A stretch of DNA of 64,000 nucleotides from Roseibacillus sp. (GCA_051251855.1 JBPOGI010000003.1:384001-448000), one strand, 5' to 3'; counted from the first letter of the stretch, positions 9,814 to 19,789 are shown. Notes: a model not told the origin generated them from the sequence alone. Numbers and translations: made by a program.

Positions 9814-10179
9814 TTACTCGGCGGGTGGGAGTTTTTTGACGATGGTGGTGAGGATGCGAGCGAGTTGGTCGGCTTCGTCTTCGATAGTGGCCATGTCGTT
9901 GCGGAGAGAGGCGGGAAGGGTTTGCGAAAGGAGGCGGGCCCAGTGGCGGGACTCTGCTGCTTCCTTGCGGGCGACGCGCATGCGATAGATTTTGTCGCGT
10001 TGAGAGAGGGAGTCGTTCGCTTCTATGTAGTTCGCTCCTACTGACCCAGAGGAACGAAGAAGCTGCTTCGAATCCTCCCAGCAAACTGGTGGCAGGTCTT
10101 GTTCAGAAAGGACGCGACGAACCGAGACCGCGAACTGGTATGTTCGTTCCTCCAACTCATACTGTGTTCCCTTCGCCAT
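9814..10179 (-). CDS. Four helix bundle protein (23S rRNA intervening-sequence protein family)
   Basis: LEERTYQFA...QLLRSSGSVGANYIEAN...ARKEAAESRHW...EADQLARILTTI family signature; 121 aa. Confidence 0.92.
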   Translation of the reverse strand: MAKGTQYELEERTYQFAVSVRRVLSEQDLPPVCWEDSKQLLRSSGSVGANYIEANDSLSQRDKIYRMRVARKEAAESRHWARLLSQTLPASLRNDMATIEDEADQLARILTTIVKKLPPAE

Positions 10180-10182
10180 CAA

Positions 10183-10225
10183 CTTTGGTTTTTGAGTTTT
10201 TGAATATTTGGTTTTTCAAGGCCTC
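10183..10225 (-). repeat. 43-bp inverted-repeat core, right arm of element copy 1
   Basis: CTTTGGTTTTTGAGTTTTTGAATATTTGGTTTTTCAAGGCCTC; ends 3 nt before the four-helix-bundle ATG. Confidence 0.95.
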
Positions 10226-10257
10226 TCACGCTTTCCTTTATCCAGAGGAGCGTCGAG

Positions 10258-11139
10258 CTACCTGATTCGATTGGTGAGGAAGTCGGAGAGGATGGCTTCG
10301 TAGTCTTGGTCGGTGACGATGCGCTGATAGTCGGCTTGCACGTCGTGGGCTTTGGCTTCGACGAGGGTGAGGTATTCGTTGAGCGCGGCATGGTATTCCT
10401 CGGTGATGAGATTGGGCTCGGCGACGAGGGTGGAATTGTCTTCGAGGTCGACGAAGCGGTGGGGGCGGTCGAAGGCGAAGTCGATTTCTTGCCGGTCTAA
10501 CAAGTGGAAGAGAGCGATGTCGTGTTTGCGGTAGCGAAGGTGTTGCAGGGCTTCTCCGAGGGCTTCGGGGTCGCAGAAGAGATCGGAGAGAACTACGATG
10601 AGGGCGCGTTGTTTGACCTTTTCGGCGACGGTGTGAAGAGCGTCGACGAGGCCGGTTTCGCCTTTGGGTTCCAGCTTACCGAGATTGTCGAAGATAAGTT
10701 GAAGTTGGGAGGCGGAGCGAGAGGGTGGGATTTCGAGATGAATCTTTTCGTTGCAGACGGAGAGGCCGGCTGCGTCGCCTTGTTTGACGAGCAAGTAGGA
10801 GAGGGAGGCGGCGATGCGGCGCGCGTATTGGATCTTAGTGTCGGTTTCGCCGCTGGCAAAATTCATGGAGCCCGAGGAGTCGACCACGAAGTAGGCACGC
10901 AGGTTGGTGTCGGCCTCAAACTCTTTGATGTAAAAACGATCGGAACGCGCGAAGGCTTTCCAGTCGAGACGGCGAGTGTCGTCGCCGGGGACGTATTTGC
11001 GGTATTCGGCGAACTCGACCGAGGAGCCTCGGTGGGGGGAACGGTGTTTGCCGGCGACACTGCCGATCATCGCTTGGCGACTTTCCAGAGGGAGAGCCGA
11101 AAGGCGGGCGAGGAGATTGTGATCGATGAAGTCGTGCAT
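10258..11139 (-). CDS. DUF58 protein (MoxR-associated)
   Basis: G.HRS..RGSSVEFAEYRKYVPGDD.RRLDWKAFAR, VVDSSGSM and VVLSDLF motifs. Confidence 0.93.
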   Translation of the reverse strand: MHDFIDHNLLARLSALPLESRQAMIGSVAGKHRSPHRGSSVEFAEYRKYVPGDDTRRLDWKAFARSDRFYIKEFEADTNLRAYFVVDSSGSMNFASGETDTKIQYARRIAASLSYLLVKQGDAAGLSVCNEKIHLEIPPSRSASQLQLIFDNLGKLEPKGETGLVDALHTVAEKVKQRALIVVLSDLFCDPEALGEALQHLRYRKHDIALFHLLDRQEIDFAFDRPHRFVDLEDNSTLVAEPNLITEEYHAALNEYLTLVEAKAHDVQADYQRIVTDQDYEAILSDFLTNRIR

Positions 11140-11178
11140 GACGATTTTGTTGGGGCGAACAAGGGCGTTCGCGGTCCT

Positions 11179-12294
11179 TTAGTCGTCGAGTTCTTCTAAC
11201 AGCTTGGCGACGATCTTCTTAGAGGTCATGCCTTGGGACTCGGCAGCGAAGGTGGGAATGACGCGGTGGGTGAGGACGGGGGCGGCGACGGCGAGGAGGT
11301 CTTCGCGGCGAACCATGTAGCTGCCATGGAGGGCGGCGCGAGCCTTGGAGGCGAGGACGAGGTTCTGGATGGCGCGGGGGCCGGAGCCCCAGCCGATGAG
11401 TTCTTTGATCCACTCGGGGGATTCTTCGCCATCTGGGCGGGTGCGGCGGACGAGGGTGACGGCGTCGTCGTAGATGTGGTCGGGGACGGGAACGCGGCGA
11501 ACAAGGGTTTGGTAGGCTTTGATTTGTTCGCCGTTCATGAGCTTGTTGAGAGTCTCGGGGGCTTTGCCAGTGGTTTCGCGTGCGATGCGGCCTTCTTCGG
11601 CGGCGGAAGGGTATTCAACTTCGATGAGGAACATGAAGCGGTCGAGTTGGGCTTCGGGGAGGGGGTAGGTTCCTTCTTGCTCGATGGGGTTTTGGGTGGC
11701 GAGAACGAAGAAGGGCTTGTCGAGGCTGTAGGATCGGCCGAGGACGGTGACCTTTTTTTCCTGCATGGCTTCGAGCATGGCGGACTGGGTCTTGGCGGGG
11801 GCGCGGTTGATTTCGTCGGCGAGGACGATGTTGGCGAAGACGGGGCCTTTAATGAATTCGAACTCGCGTTTGCCGCCGACTCCGGATTCTTGGATAATGT
11901 CGGTGCCGGTGATGTCGGCGGGCATGAGGTCGGGAGTGAACTGGATGCGGGAGAAGCTAAGGTCGAGGGTTTCGGCGACGCTGGAGACGAGGAGGGTTTT
12001 GGCGAGGCCGGGAACGCCCATGAGAAGGGAGTGACCGCCAGCGAAGAGGGAGATGGAAAGTTGTTCGATGACCTCTTCTTGCCCGATGATGACTTTTCCG
12101 AGTTCGGCTTTGAAGTCTTGGTAGACTTTTCCGAGCTGATTGATGGCTTCGACGTCGTCTTCAGGGAGGCCAGCGTTAGAAGTGGGAGGCTCGGGGGTGG
12201 TTACGGTGGAAGCCGACTCGGAGGAGCTTGGGTTTCCAGAGGGGAAAGGAGTGACGGGGTCAGTGCTCGGCGTTTCAGATGGATTGTCGGACAT
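11179..12294 (-). CDS. moxR: MoxR-family AAA+ ATPase
   Basis: GVPGLAKT Walker A, RIQFTPDLMPADITG, LADEINRAPAKTQSA and ATQNPIEQEGTYPLPEAQLDRF. Confidence 0.95.
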   Translation of the reverse strand: MSDNPSETPSTDPVTPFPSGNPSSSESASTVTTPEPPTSNAGLPEDDVEAINQLGKVYQDFKAELGKVIIGQEEVIEQLSISLFAGGHSLLMGVPGLAKTLLVSSVAETLDLSFSRIQFTPDLMPADITGTDIIQESGVGGKREFEFIKGPVFANIVLADEINRAPAKTQSAMLEAMQEKKVTVLGRSYSLDKPFFVLATQNPIEQEGTYPLPEAQLDRFMFLIEVEYPSAAEEGRIARETTGKAPETLNKLMNGEQIKAYQTLVRRVPVPDHIYDDAVTLVRRTRPDGEESPEWIKELIGWGSGPRAIQNLVLASKARAALHGSYMVRREDLLAVAAPVLTHRVIPTFAAESQGMTSKKIVAKLLEELDD

Positions 12295-12401
12295 TGCGTT
12301 AATTTACTGTCGGAAAGGCTACGACCTTCCTTCCTTTTGTCCAGCAGAGGGATTGGGGGATTTTGAGGGATTCGAGGTGGGTTGTGTGCTAGAACCGAGG
12401 G

Positions 12402-13949
12402 GTGAGAAGGTTGCTGGTGTCATGGGGGCTGCTCTTTGTGGTCGCTTTGTTGATTCTCAAATGGCCGAGGGGTGGGGATGAGCTAGAGCGGAATCTGAAA
12501 CCGACGAAAAGTCGGAGTGCTTTGTCGGTGCGGAAAGTGGCGTTGGCTCAGAGTGAAGAGGGAAACCGTTTGGATGGTTTGGAGCCTCGGTTTCATGCGC
12601 TGGTGGAACGACTGGAAGAAGATTGCACGCAATGGCAAAGAGAGTTTGGGCCTTATCATAACTCTCAAATTGGAAAGTATGAATGGGAAAAGTTTGCTCT
12701 CAGAAGAGTTTCGAAGTGTTCGGTTGAAGAGATCGTCGGCCTTCTGGCTTGGATTGGTGAAGGAAGATTGAGCTTCTTTGATAATATCTTGAGATACCGC
12801 ACGGCTCTTTTTTGGAATTGGGGAAAGGTAGATGCAATGGCTGCCCTCCATTTTCTTAAAGGCTATTCTGAAAGCGATGATGGAAGGGATTCGGTATTCT
12901 CAACGTCGTTTGCCTCATTCACTGGCTTTTGGTCGAATCCGGTTTTCGAAGGTTGGGCTGAGAATGATGCGGCTGCGGCATGGGAGTTCTACAGCGAAAT
13001 CTGTGAAGATCCGGAAGCAAACTGGCCCTCAAATTGGAGTGCTACAGATGGTGTTCTGCGGGAATTAACAGCTGAGAATGCGGAGGCTGCTTGGAAGCTC
13101 ATAGTATCTGAGACGCGCACTGAGATTCAGAGCATGATGCTCAAAGGTTACATCGCGGGTCTCTCAGAGAATCAGGATTGGGCGGAAGTGGGGCGGAAGA
13201 TTGGAACGATTAGTGAAGACGAATCACTTCGCGAAGAGCTTGCGCAGCGCTGGTTTCTTGAAGAGCCTGACGAAGCCTTGGGATGGTATCAAACCAACTT
13301 TTCTTATAAAATTGATTGTAGTGATAGTAACTCATTCGGTGAACCCCATGCCATACTATCCAAAGAGGAGGTCCTTGCTGAATTTGGAATTATCGAGGGT
13401 GAATTATGGCTGGATGTGAAGATTGCGTTTCTCGAAAAAATAGCGGTGAGTCAGGGGAGACGGGGCCAAGAAGCTTTCACATCATGGGCGGAAGAAAATT
13501 TGGCTAAGGTAGATACTGGGGGAGCGCCGCTCATCATGGCTTTAATTTTCGCTAACGAGTCCGATGACTCTGATCCCTTTGCAAGTGAAGAGTCTATTGG
13601 TGGAAATATCTTTGACTCTGTGGATAGTAGTTCGGAGTGGCATCTCTCGGCCCAGGGGATTGATTTTCTTCCCTTAGTCGCCTGTTTGCCTCCTGAGATA
13701 GCTCGGCAGCTAGTGATGCGGGTTTTGAATGCGATGCCAGAAGTTCAAGAGGATCCGGATCTTTTTGGATTGGTAGATGGGACTTTTGAGAATGCGAAAG
13801 TAGCTAGAGAGGTGGTGCGAGAATTAGTGGAGAAGGTGCCTTTGTCCTCAGAAGAAAGAGCGCAAGCGGAGACGGTTTTTGTCCGATTGGACGAGCAGGA
13901 GCGGGTTTTGTTGGAGGGATGCAGAAAGGCAAGTGAGGGATCGAAATAG
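12402..13949 (+). CDS. Hypothetical N-terminally anchored helical-repeat protein
   Basis: 515-aa ORF with TM N-terminus and repeated WGKVDAMAAL / WAENDAAAAW / WFLEEPDEALGW motifs. Confidence 0.75.
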   Translation: MRRLLVSWGLLFVVALLILKWPRGGDELERNLKPTKSRSALSVRKVALAQSEEGNRLDGLEPRFHALVERLEEDCTQWQREFGPYHNSQIGKYEWEKFALRRVSKCSVEEIVGLLAWIGEGRLSFFDNILRYRTALFWNWGKVDAMAALHFLKGYSESDDGRDSVFSTSFASFTGFWSNPVFEGWAENDAAAAWEFYSEICEDPEANWPSNWSATDGVLRELTAENAEAAWKLIVSETRTEIQSMMLKGYIAGLSENQDWAEVGRKIGTISEDESLREELAQRWFLEEPDEALGWYQTNFSYKIDCSDSNSFGEPHAILSKEEVLAEFGIIEGELWLDVKIAFLEKIAVSQGRRGQEAFTSWAEENLAKVDTGGAPLIMALIFANESDDSDPFASEESIGGNIFDSVDSSSEWHLSAQGIDFLPLVACLPPEIARQLVMRVLNAMPEVQEDPDLFGLVDGTFENAKVAREVVRELVEKVPLSSEERAQAETVFVRLDEQERVLLEGCRKASEGSK

Positions 13950-14088
13950 GATTTTTGTTGGGGGGCAGGGTTTCTTTCCAAATGGCAGTAGGACGAGTTA
14001 AGGAACTCGCGGTCCAAGAGTGCCGTTCGGGGGCGAATTGGCGTGGAAAGGCCTTGCTCGAAGGGGCTGGGGGTTTGAGAGTTGCTGT

Positions 14089-15777
14089 ATGCGCCTTTTT
14101 TGCCTGCTGTTCACCCTGGGCTGGGCTTCTGTGTTTGCTCAAGACGAGCAAGTTAAGGAGTTCACGTTGGATCTGGTTATTCATCCTGTTGTGAAGGGGT
14201 TGAAGCCTCCGCCTTGGTATCCGGAGCTGGTGTCGTTTGATCCTGCAGTGAGCGCTGCCACCGAGGAGGTGCAAAAGCATGTTTCGCAAGGGATGGCGCT
14301 GATTCATGCCGGCTGGGACTTTGAGGCCTATCGGCACTTTGTTGAGGCGGTGAAGCTGGATTCGGATTGTTTGATGGCTTATTGGGGTATTGCGCTTTCA
14401 CTGGCGAATCCGAACTCGGAGGTGGTAGAGCACCGGCTCGCTGCGGTGAACCGGATGCTTGAGTTGGTGGGAGAGGGGAAGGGTACGGCTTCGGAGCGAG
14501 GACAGGCGGAGGCGTTGGCTTTTGTGTTTTCGGATCAGCCCGAGAGAGCCCCGGAGGTTTTTGAGGCGGTTTCGGAGGACTATCCGAATAATTTGCAGCT
14601 CAAACTAATGGCGGCATTTCTAAAGCGTGATGGCTATGACGACTTGCTGGGGGCCGGTCCCGGACAGCGGGAAGCCTTGGAAGAGGTGGAGGAGATTCTC
14701 AAAAAGAATACCGAGAGCCAAATGGCGTTGTCGTTCTGGGTGGCGCTTCAAGCCGAGCATCCGGATGCCACGGGGACGTTACGAGAGCGGGTGTTGCCGA
14801 GAGTCAGGCGTCTTGCGGGCTTGGCCCCGGAGTTTCCACCCTACTGTGAGCTATTGGGGCATTTTGAGAAGCGGGCGGGTAATCTCCTGCTTGCAAAGAA
14901 GGAGTTCGAAAAGGCCATCGCTCTTTATGAAAAGTATCTTTCTGAGAATAAGCTGACCTATTGTGATTGTCCAAATCTTGTCCGAGCTCAGCTGTCTTTA
15001 GCAAGTGTGCTGAAGCGGTTGGGGGACTTTGAAGGGGCGCTCGTGCTTGCGGAAAAATTATCAAAGCTGCCGGTGAAGATGGAGCGCCTGTATTCTCCAG
15101 GAACGACTCTCGTTCTCTGGGAAGGAAAGACTTTAGGTGCTCGAATTTGTTTGGCGAGAGGGCAGAAGGGTGATTTTAAGCGAGGGCTAGAGTCTTTGCC
15201 CCCAATGGAGGAGGGAAAGAAGTTGGCAATGGAGACTCCTTCGGTAATGGCTTGGGAGGCATGGCGGCACGCGCTGGCAGCTCGGAATGCGATTGAGACT
15301 CAGGTCTTTGATTCTGGAGCAAGGTATCTCGATGCGCTGGCGGCGAGTGATGGTCTGTTAGAGCAGGTGGCATCGGTGGTCTCCCACGGGAGCAGTCGTC
15401 AGTCTTGGGAGAGAACACGGAACGCCTTGAAGGTGGAATGGATGCTGGCCAAGGCGGCCTATATTGAGGGGCAGTCATCGAGTAAGGGTGCCAGTCTTGC
15501 GGACTTTTGGTATCAGTCAGCTATTGATGAGCGCGAACCACCTAAAGGGATATTTCCTCCTTTGAGTCTGGCGCTACCTCCTGTTGAAAAGGCGCTGCAC
15601 GTCGCTCAAAGAGGAGATCACGAGGAGGCGGTTGCTAACTTTAGAATCGCTATGGGAGACTACGCTAATGACATTTCGGTGCTCAAGGCCTACGAAAATT
15701 TTCTGCGAAAAAAGGGAGAATCCAAGACTGCAGATGCCATCGTGAAGCATATCGGGATTGTCTTAGGAGGGAATTAG
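14089..15777 (+). CDS. Secreted TPR-like protein
   Basis: Signal peptide MRLFCLLFTLGWASVFA; 'QGMALIHAGWDFEAYRHF..A..LDSDCLMAYWGIALS' TPR-type motif. Confidence 0.8.
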   Translation: MRLFCLLFTLGWASVFAQDEQVKEFTLDLVIHPVVKGLKPPPWYPELVSFDPAVSAATEEVQKHVSQGMALIHAGWDFEAYRHFVEAVKLDSDCLMAYWGIALSLANPNSEVVEHRLAAVNRMLELVGEGKGTASERGQAEALAFVFSDQPERAPEVFEAVSEDYPNNLQLKLMAAFLKRDGYDDLLGAGPGQREALEEVEEILKKNTESQMALSFWVALQAEHPDATGTLRERVLPRVRRLAGLAPEFPPYCELLGHFEKRAGNLLLAKKEFEKAIALYEKYLSENKLTYCDCPNLVRAQLSLASVLKRLGDFEGALVLAEKLSKLPVKMERLYSPGTTLVLWEGKTLGARICLARGQKGDFKRGLESLPPMEEGKKLAMETPSVMAWEAWRHALAARNAIETQVFDSGARYLDALAASDGLLEQVASVVSHGSSRQSWERTRNALKVEWMLAKAAYIEGQSSSKGASLADFWYQSAIDEREPPKGIFPPLSLALPPVEKALHVAQRGDHEEAVANFRIAMGDYANDISVLKAYENFLRKKGESKTADAIVKHIGIVLGGN

Positions 15778-15851
15778 TCCCTGTTAGATAAGTTATTTTG
15801 GGTTCCCTGTATTTGGGTTCGCTCAACCGCGGGATATGCCACTGGCTGTTG

Positions 15852-16490
15852 TTAGGCTGCAGTGGGGCTCCCAATCTTTGCTTGGCCGCTGAAGCTGGCT
15901 TTGGCCTCGATAATAAGGTTGCCGGTTGTGATGTCACCTATGACGACTGCGGAAGGACCGAGGCGAACGGATTCGGTGGCGAAAATGTCACCGATGATCT
16001 TGCCCTCGACGAGGAGGGTTTTGACGGAGACGGTGGCTTCAACAATGGCTTGGCCTTGGACCGCGAGGGCACCATCAGATTTAATTTCTCCTTTGATTCT
16101 TCCATCGAAGACCAACCGTTCGGTGAACTGAAGTCGGCCTACGATACTGACGTCGTTGGCGAGCTTGTTGATGTTGTTACCAGTTGAGGTGGAAGGATTG
16201 GGAGAAGAGCTTGGGGCTAGAGCCGGAGTAGGAGCAGGTGTGGTTGTCTGTTGAGGGGTGGGCGCAGGCCCTGAGGAAGGCTTACTGATTGAGGTGGATT
16301 TTCTTTCGCCTGGAGCCTTCATGGGCTGGGGTTGTGAAGCCAGCGGCGATGCGGTCGATGGGTTAGGAGATCTCTGTTTGAGTTCTCCTGGAGAAGGGGC
16401 TTTTAACGTGACGCGCTCAGTGAATTTTGAAAGTGAGCTTTTCAAAGAGCCGCTGATACCACTCTCCCCCTTTTGATGCGAATTTCCCAT
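15852..16490 (-). CDS. Bactofilin (polymer-forming cytoskeletal protein) with a Pro/Ser/Thr-rich N-terminus
   Basis: DVSIVGRLQF..LVFDGRIKGEI..VEGKIIGDI..VVIGDITTGNLIIEAKASFSG beta-helix signature. Confidence 0.88.
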   Translation of the reverse strand: MGNSHQKGESGISGSLKSSLSKFTERVTLKAPSPGELKQRSPNPSTASPLASQPQPMKAPGERKSTSISKPSSGPAPTPQQTTTPAPTPALAPSSSPNPSTSTGNNINKLANDVSIVGRLQFTERLVFDGRIKGEIKSDGALAVQGQAIVEATVSVKTLLVEGKIIGDIFATESVRLGPSAVVIGDITTGNLIIEAKASFSGQAKIGSPTAA

Positions 16491-16707
16491 TGGGTAGCAG
16501 TTATCTCAAACGGCCATTTAGGTAAAGGCTGAATTACGCTTGTCCGTATTATCGGGTTTCTGCTTTTTTGCTCGCGGGTTGAGCAATGGGGAAGATGAGT
16601 TTTCGAATTTACGCAAAGCGTGATGATAGGATTCTTCTGAAAAAGAGCTATGAAAGAGTCTTGTCAGAACTGTTCTGGTAGGCGTATTCTCCGCGCCCAC
16701 ACGAAAA

Positions 16708-16789
16708 GCCAGCGTGGCGGAATTGGTAGACGCGCGCGATTCAAAATCGCGTTTCCTCGGAAGTATGGGTTCGATTCCCATCGCTGGTA
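16708..16789 (+). tRNA. tRNA-Leu (CAA), CCA not encoded
   Basis: Acceptor stem GCCAGCG/CGCTGGT, D-loop GGCGGAATTGGTAGAC, anticodon arm CGCGA-TTCAAAA-TCGCG, long variable arm and GGTTCGATTCC T-loop. Confidence 0.95.
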
Positions 16790-17337
16790 TTTCCTCATTT
16801 TTTGAGTGTTCGGTTTCTTGTGTCTTTCTTGCTAGGAGGGTCCCCATTGGTTTCTGGATGGGTTTGAAATTTCTAGGGTCTACACTAAAGTTTGGGGACG
16901 AGGCGTTCTTTTAGAGGTTATTTAACCGCAACGAGCTATGAGGCGAAGCTGGTTGAATCGAAACTAACGAACTCGGTGTTGGCTCAGTTCCAATTCTTGC
17001 CAAGACTATTTCGATAGTTCCGTTGCTACGAGTAAGGCGGTGAATGTGTGTGAATAGGTGTTTTCCGGTTGCCGAGAGTTCGTGTGGGGCTGAAAGTGAT
17101 GATGTCTCTTCATTATTGTGCTAGCGGATCGGGGGTCAGTTTGACTTCGAGGGCACCGCGCTGGAGTGGTGGTGAACGAAGATGATTTCGAACTCTGAGT
17201 TAACGCTCCAAGTTTTTTTCTGGGCCGCCGATTTACTTCACACGTTTTTCAGAGAATAACGGATTCCTAATTCGATTATAAAATGGATGGATGAATGAGA
17301 TTGTGGAATCCGTCTCGATAGGTTGGCTTTAGGGGCT

Positions 17338-17877
17338 ATGAAAAACCAATTACCGACCTTTCTCATCTCCTTCGCCTTGGCATCAGCGGTCAACGGCGCA
17401 ATCTACTCAGTGAACGAATCGTTGTTGCCCTCTAATACGAATCCTGACACTTCGGCCACTGCTGGGGCGGGTGCGATGGGGACTTTTACTGGCTCTTATG
17501 ATACTGCTACCGGAGTTTTAGGTTACACTATGACTTGGTCTGGCCTCAGCAGCTTGATTACGGGCTCGGCAGGTGCTCATATCCACGGGCCTACTCCGTT
17601 GGGTTCTAACGCCGGAGTACTGCACACCATCCTGAGTGGCAGCACTTCGAATGGTGGTACAAGTGGCACCTAGATGGGGAGCTTCACATTTTCCTCCAAC
17701 GCAGGCGCTACCGAAGCAGACTTTCTGGATAACCAATGGTATGTGAATATTCACACTGTTGACAATGGCTCTGGAGAGCTTCGTAGTCAGGTGAACCCTT
17801 CTTTGGTTCCTGAGCCAACAGCGGCATTGTTGTCTGCTGTTGCTTTGCTCGGACTCGGTGTGCGTCGCCGTCGCTAG
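17338..17877 (+). pseudogene. CHRD-domain PEP-CTERM protein interrupted by an in-frame TAG (17671-17673)
   Basis: Signal peptide and AHIHGP before the stop; WYVNIHT..GELRSQ and VPEPTAALL..GVRRRR after it, in the same frame. Confidence 0.85.
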
Positions 17878-17896
17878 TCTCCCTTCACTCACTTTC

Positions 17897-17933
17897 AAAC
17901 GAGCCGGGATATCCATTCCGACTCGTTTTTTTT
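17897..17933 (+). terminator. Probable intrinsic terminator between the PEP-CTERM gene and convergent ychF
   Basis: Imperfect stem AAACGAGCCGGGA...TTCCGACTCG followed by a T8 tract. Confidence 0.65.
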
Positions 17934-17947
17934 GGTCCTTTTTGGAC

Positions 17948-19066
17948 CTAAACGTTGAAGCGGAATTCGATCACGTCGCCATCTTTCACTTCGTATTCCT
18001 TACCTTCGATACGGTATTTACCGGCATCGCGGGCGGCGGATTTGGAACCAAGAGTGGTGAGGTCGTCGTAGTGAACGACTTCGGCAGCGATGAACCCGCG
18101 TTCGAAGTCGGTGTGGATAACTCCTGCGGCGGCGGGGGCTTTATCCCCAGTGCGGATGGTCCAGGCGCGCGTTTCTTGCTCGCCGGTGGTGAGGTAGGTG
18201 CGCAGGCCAAGAAGGTGGTAGACGCCTTTGATGAGAGTTGAGACCCCGGAGTCGGTGACGTTCATGTCGGTGAGGAATTCTTGCGCGTCCTCGGGGGAGA
18301 GGTCGATGAGTTCCTCTTCGATACGGGCTGAGATGACGATGGCTTCGGCTCCATGAGCCTCGGCGGCGTAGTCTTGTACCTTTTTGACGAGAGGATGGCT
18401 CTGTGGGTCGGCTGTCGCATCTCCGAGCTCGTCTTCGGAGACGTTACAGGCAAAAATGGTGCGCTTGTTAGAGAGAAGGGCGAACTCGCGTTGGAGGAGC
18501 TTGCGCTCGTCGTCGCTAAGATCGGCGGTGATGGCGGGCTTGCCTTCGTCGAGGTGGGGAATGAGTTTTTCGCAGAGGGCGACTTCGGCGGCGGCTTCTT
18601 TGTCGTTGCTGCGAGCTTTTTTGGCGCGGGATTCTTTGCGTTTTTCGAGGGAGGCGATGTCGGCGAGGATGAGCTCGGAGTTGATAATCTCGATGTCACG
18701 TGTGGGGTCGACGGAACCGAGCTCGTGAATGATGTCGTCATTTTCGAAGCAGCGCACGACTTGCACGATGGCGTCGACTTCGCGGATGTTAGCGAGGAAT
18801 TTATTGCCGAGGCCTTCGCCCTTGGAGGCTCCTTCTACGAGGCCGGCGATGTCGACGAATTCAATGGCGGTGGGGATCAGTTCTTTGGAACCGGAGATTT
18901 TAGAAAGAACGGCGAGACGCTCATCAGGCACGGTGACGACTCCGACGTTGGGGTCGATAGTGCAGAAGGGGTAGTTGGCGGCTTCCGCTTTGCGAGTGCG
19001 GGTGAGGGCGTTGAAGAGGGTGGACTTTCCTACGTTGGGCATTCCGACGATTCCGGCTTGAAGCAT
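17948..19066 (-). CDS. ychF: Redox-regulated ATPase YchF
   Basis: [35 protein letters not shown] and C-terminal [19 protein letters not shown]. Confidence 0.97.
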   Translation of the reverse strand: MLQAGIVGMPNVGKSTLFNALTRTRKAEAANYPFCTIDPNVGVVTVPDERLAVLSKISGSKELIPTAIEFVDIAGLVEGASKGEGLGNKFLANIREVDAIVQVVRCFENDDIIHELGSVDPTRDIEIINSELILADIASLEKRKESRAKKARSNDKEAAAEVALCEKLIPHLDEGKPAITADLSDDERKLLQREFALLSNKRTIFACNVSEDELGDATADPQSHPLVKKVQDYAAEAHGAEAIVISARIEEELIDLSPEDAQEFLTDMNVTDSGVSTLIKGVYHLLGLRTYLTTGEQETRAWTIRTGDKAPAAAGVIHTDFERGFIAAEVVHYDDLTTLGSKSAARDAGKYRIEGKEYEVKDGDVIEFRFNV

Positions 19067-19141
19067 GAGGGTGAGATGCGGGAAAAACGCGAAAAGAGAA
19101 AGGCTAAAGTGAAGGTCAGGGATAGGAATCTCCCTGCGCTG

Positions 19142-19657
19142 CTAAGCGGCAGCCTCGGGGTCCGGCTCTTCCTCGAACTCGGGAAGGTTCATGGGTGGAA
19201 GTTCGAGAGCCTTACCTTCGATATCGATGAAGGTGGCGTCATTGCTGCCGTCAAGAGAAGGGAGGATTCCTCGGAACTCTTTGCTGTCGGCTGGTGAGGA
19301 GGCAGGGAGTGGCGGGAGCTCGAGAGGAGGGAGTGGGGCGACTTTTTTTGGGGGAGTTTTTGGCGCCTTTTTTGAGATGGGCGCAGAAGGGCTCAGCTTC
19401 TTCTTAGGAAGGGTGTTTTTCGCGAGAAGACGGGTCTTTTGTTTGGGAGCTGTGGTGGGCGTTTTCTTGACGAGCAGTCTTTGGGCTGAGGTGCCTTCGG
19501 GTAAAAAGCGGGTGGGATCGGCTTTCGTGAGGCGAAGCTTTGGCTCGCGGGTGCCGATTGTGTTTTCTTTAAGCTTAGCTGCGGTTTCTTGAACCGAACT
19601 GCAAGAGCTGAAAGCAACGAGCGGCATGACCGCAAGAAGGAGGAGTGGGGTTTTCAT
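19142..19657 (-). CDS. Hypothetical lipoprotein
   Basis: Signal peptide with lipobox-like FSSC; Lys/Pro-rich body. Confidence 0.7.
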   Translation of the reverse strand: MKTPLLLLAVMPLVAFSSCSSVQETAAKLKENTIGTREPKLRLTKADPTRFLPEGTSAQRLLVKKTPTTAPKQKTRLLAKNTLPKKKLSPSAPISKKAPKTPPKKVAPLPPLELPPLPASSPADSKEFRGILPSLDGSNDATFIDIEGKALELPPMNLPEFEEEPDPEAAA

Positions 19658-19789
19658 GGCAGGGGGTGAGGTGATTTAAGATCTTTTCCGACAAGTTCAA
19701 GCACGGAACTTGGTAACGATTTCGATACTTTAGACAGCCCTTCGTTCAAAAAGGTCAGCATAATTACGGCCAAAGTTTTGATTTGGATC

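Larger units (their letters stand above)
9709..10225. mobile_element. Putative IR-bounded cassette carrying a four-helix-bundle gene (copy 1)
   Basis: Inverted repeats tightly enclose one small gene between DUF58 and BatA; the same IR recurs at two other loci. Mobility is inferred, not shown. Confidence 0.6.

Noticed and set aside
9814..10179. Diversity-generating retroelement (Avd-like gene) or rRNA intervening sequence
   Set aside because: No reverse transcriptase, TR/VR pair or rRNA gene is seen in the window.
16518..16914. ORFs overlapping the tRNA-Leu
   Set aside because: They translate the tRNA sequence itself and have no protein motifs.
16790..17337. Prophage or genomic island integrated at tRNA-Leu
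   Set aside because: No integrase and no duplicated tRNA 3' end were found; only a ~550-bp non-coding gap.
17671..17673. Genome-wide amber reassignment or pyrrolysine
   Set aside because: Many well-defined genes here end in TAG at the expected C-terminus (moaE, mobA-moaD, ychF, yidC), and no pyl genes are seen.
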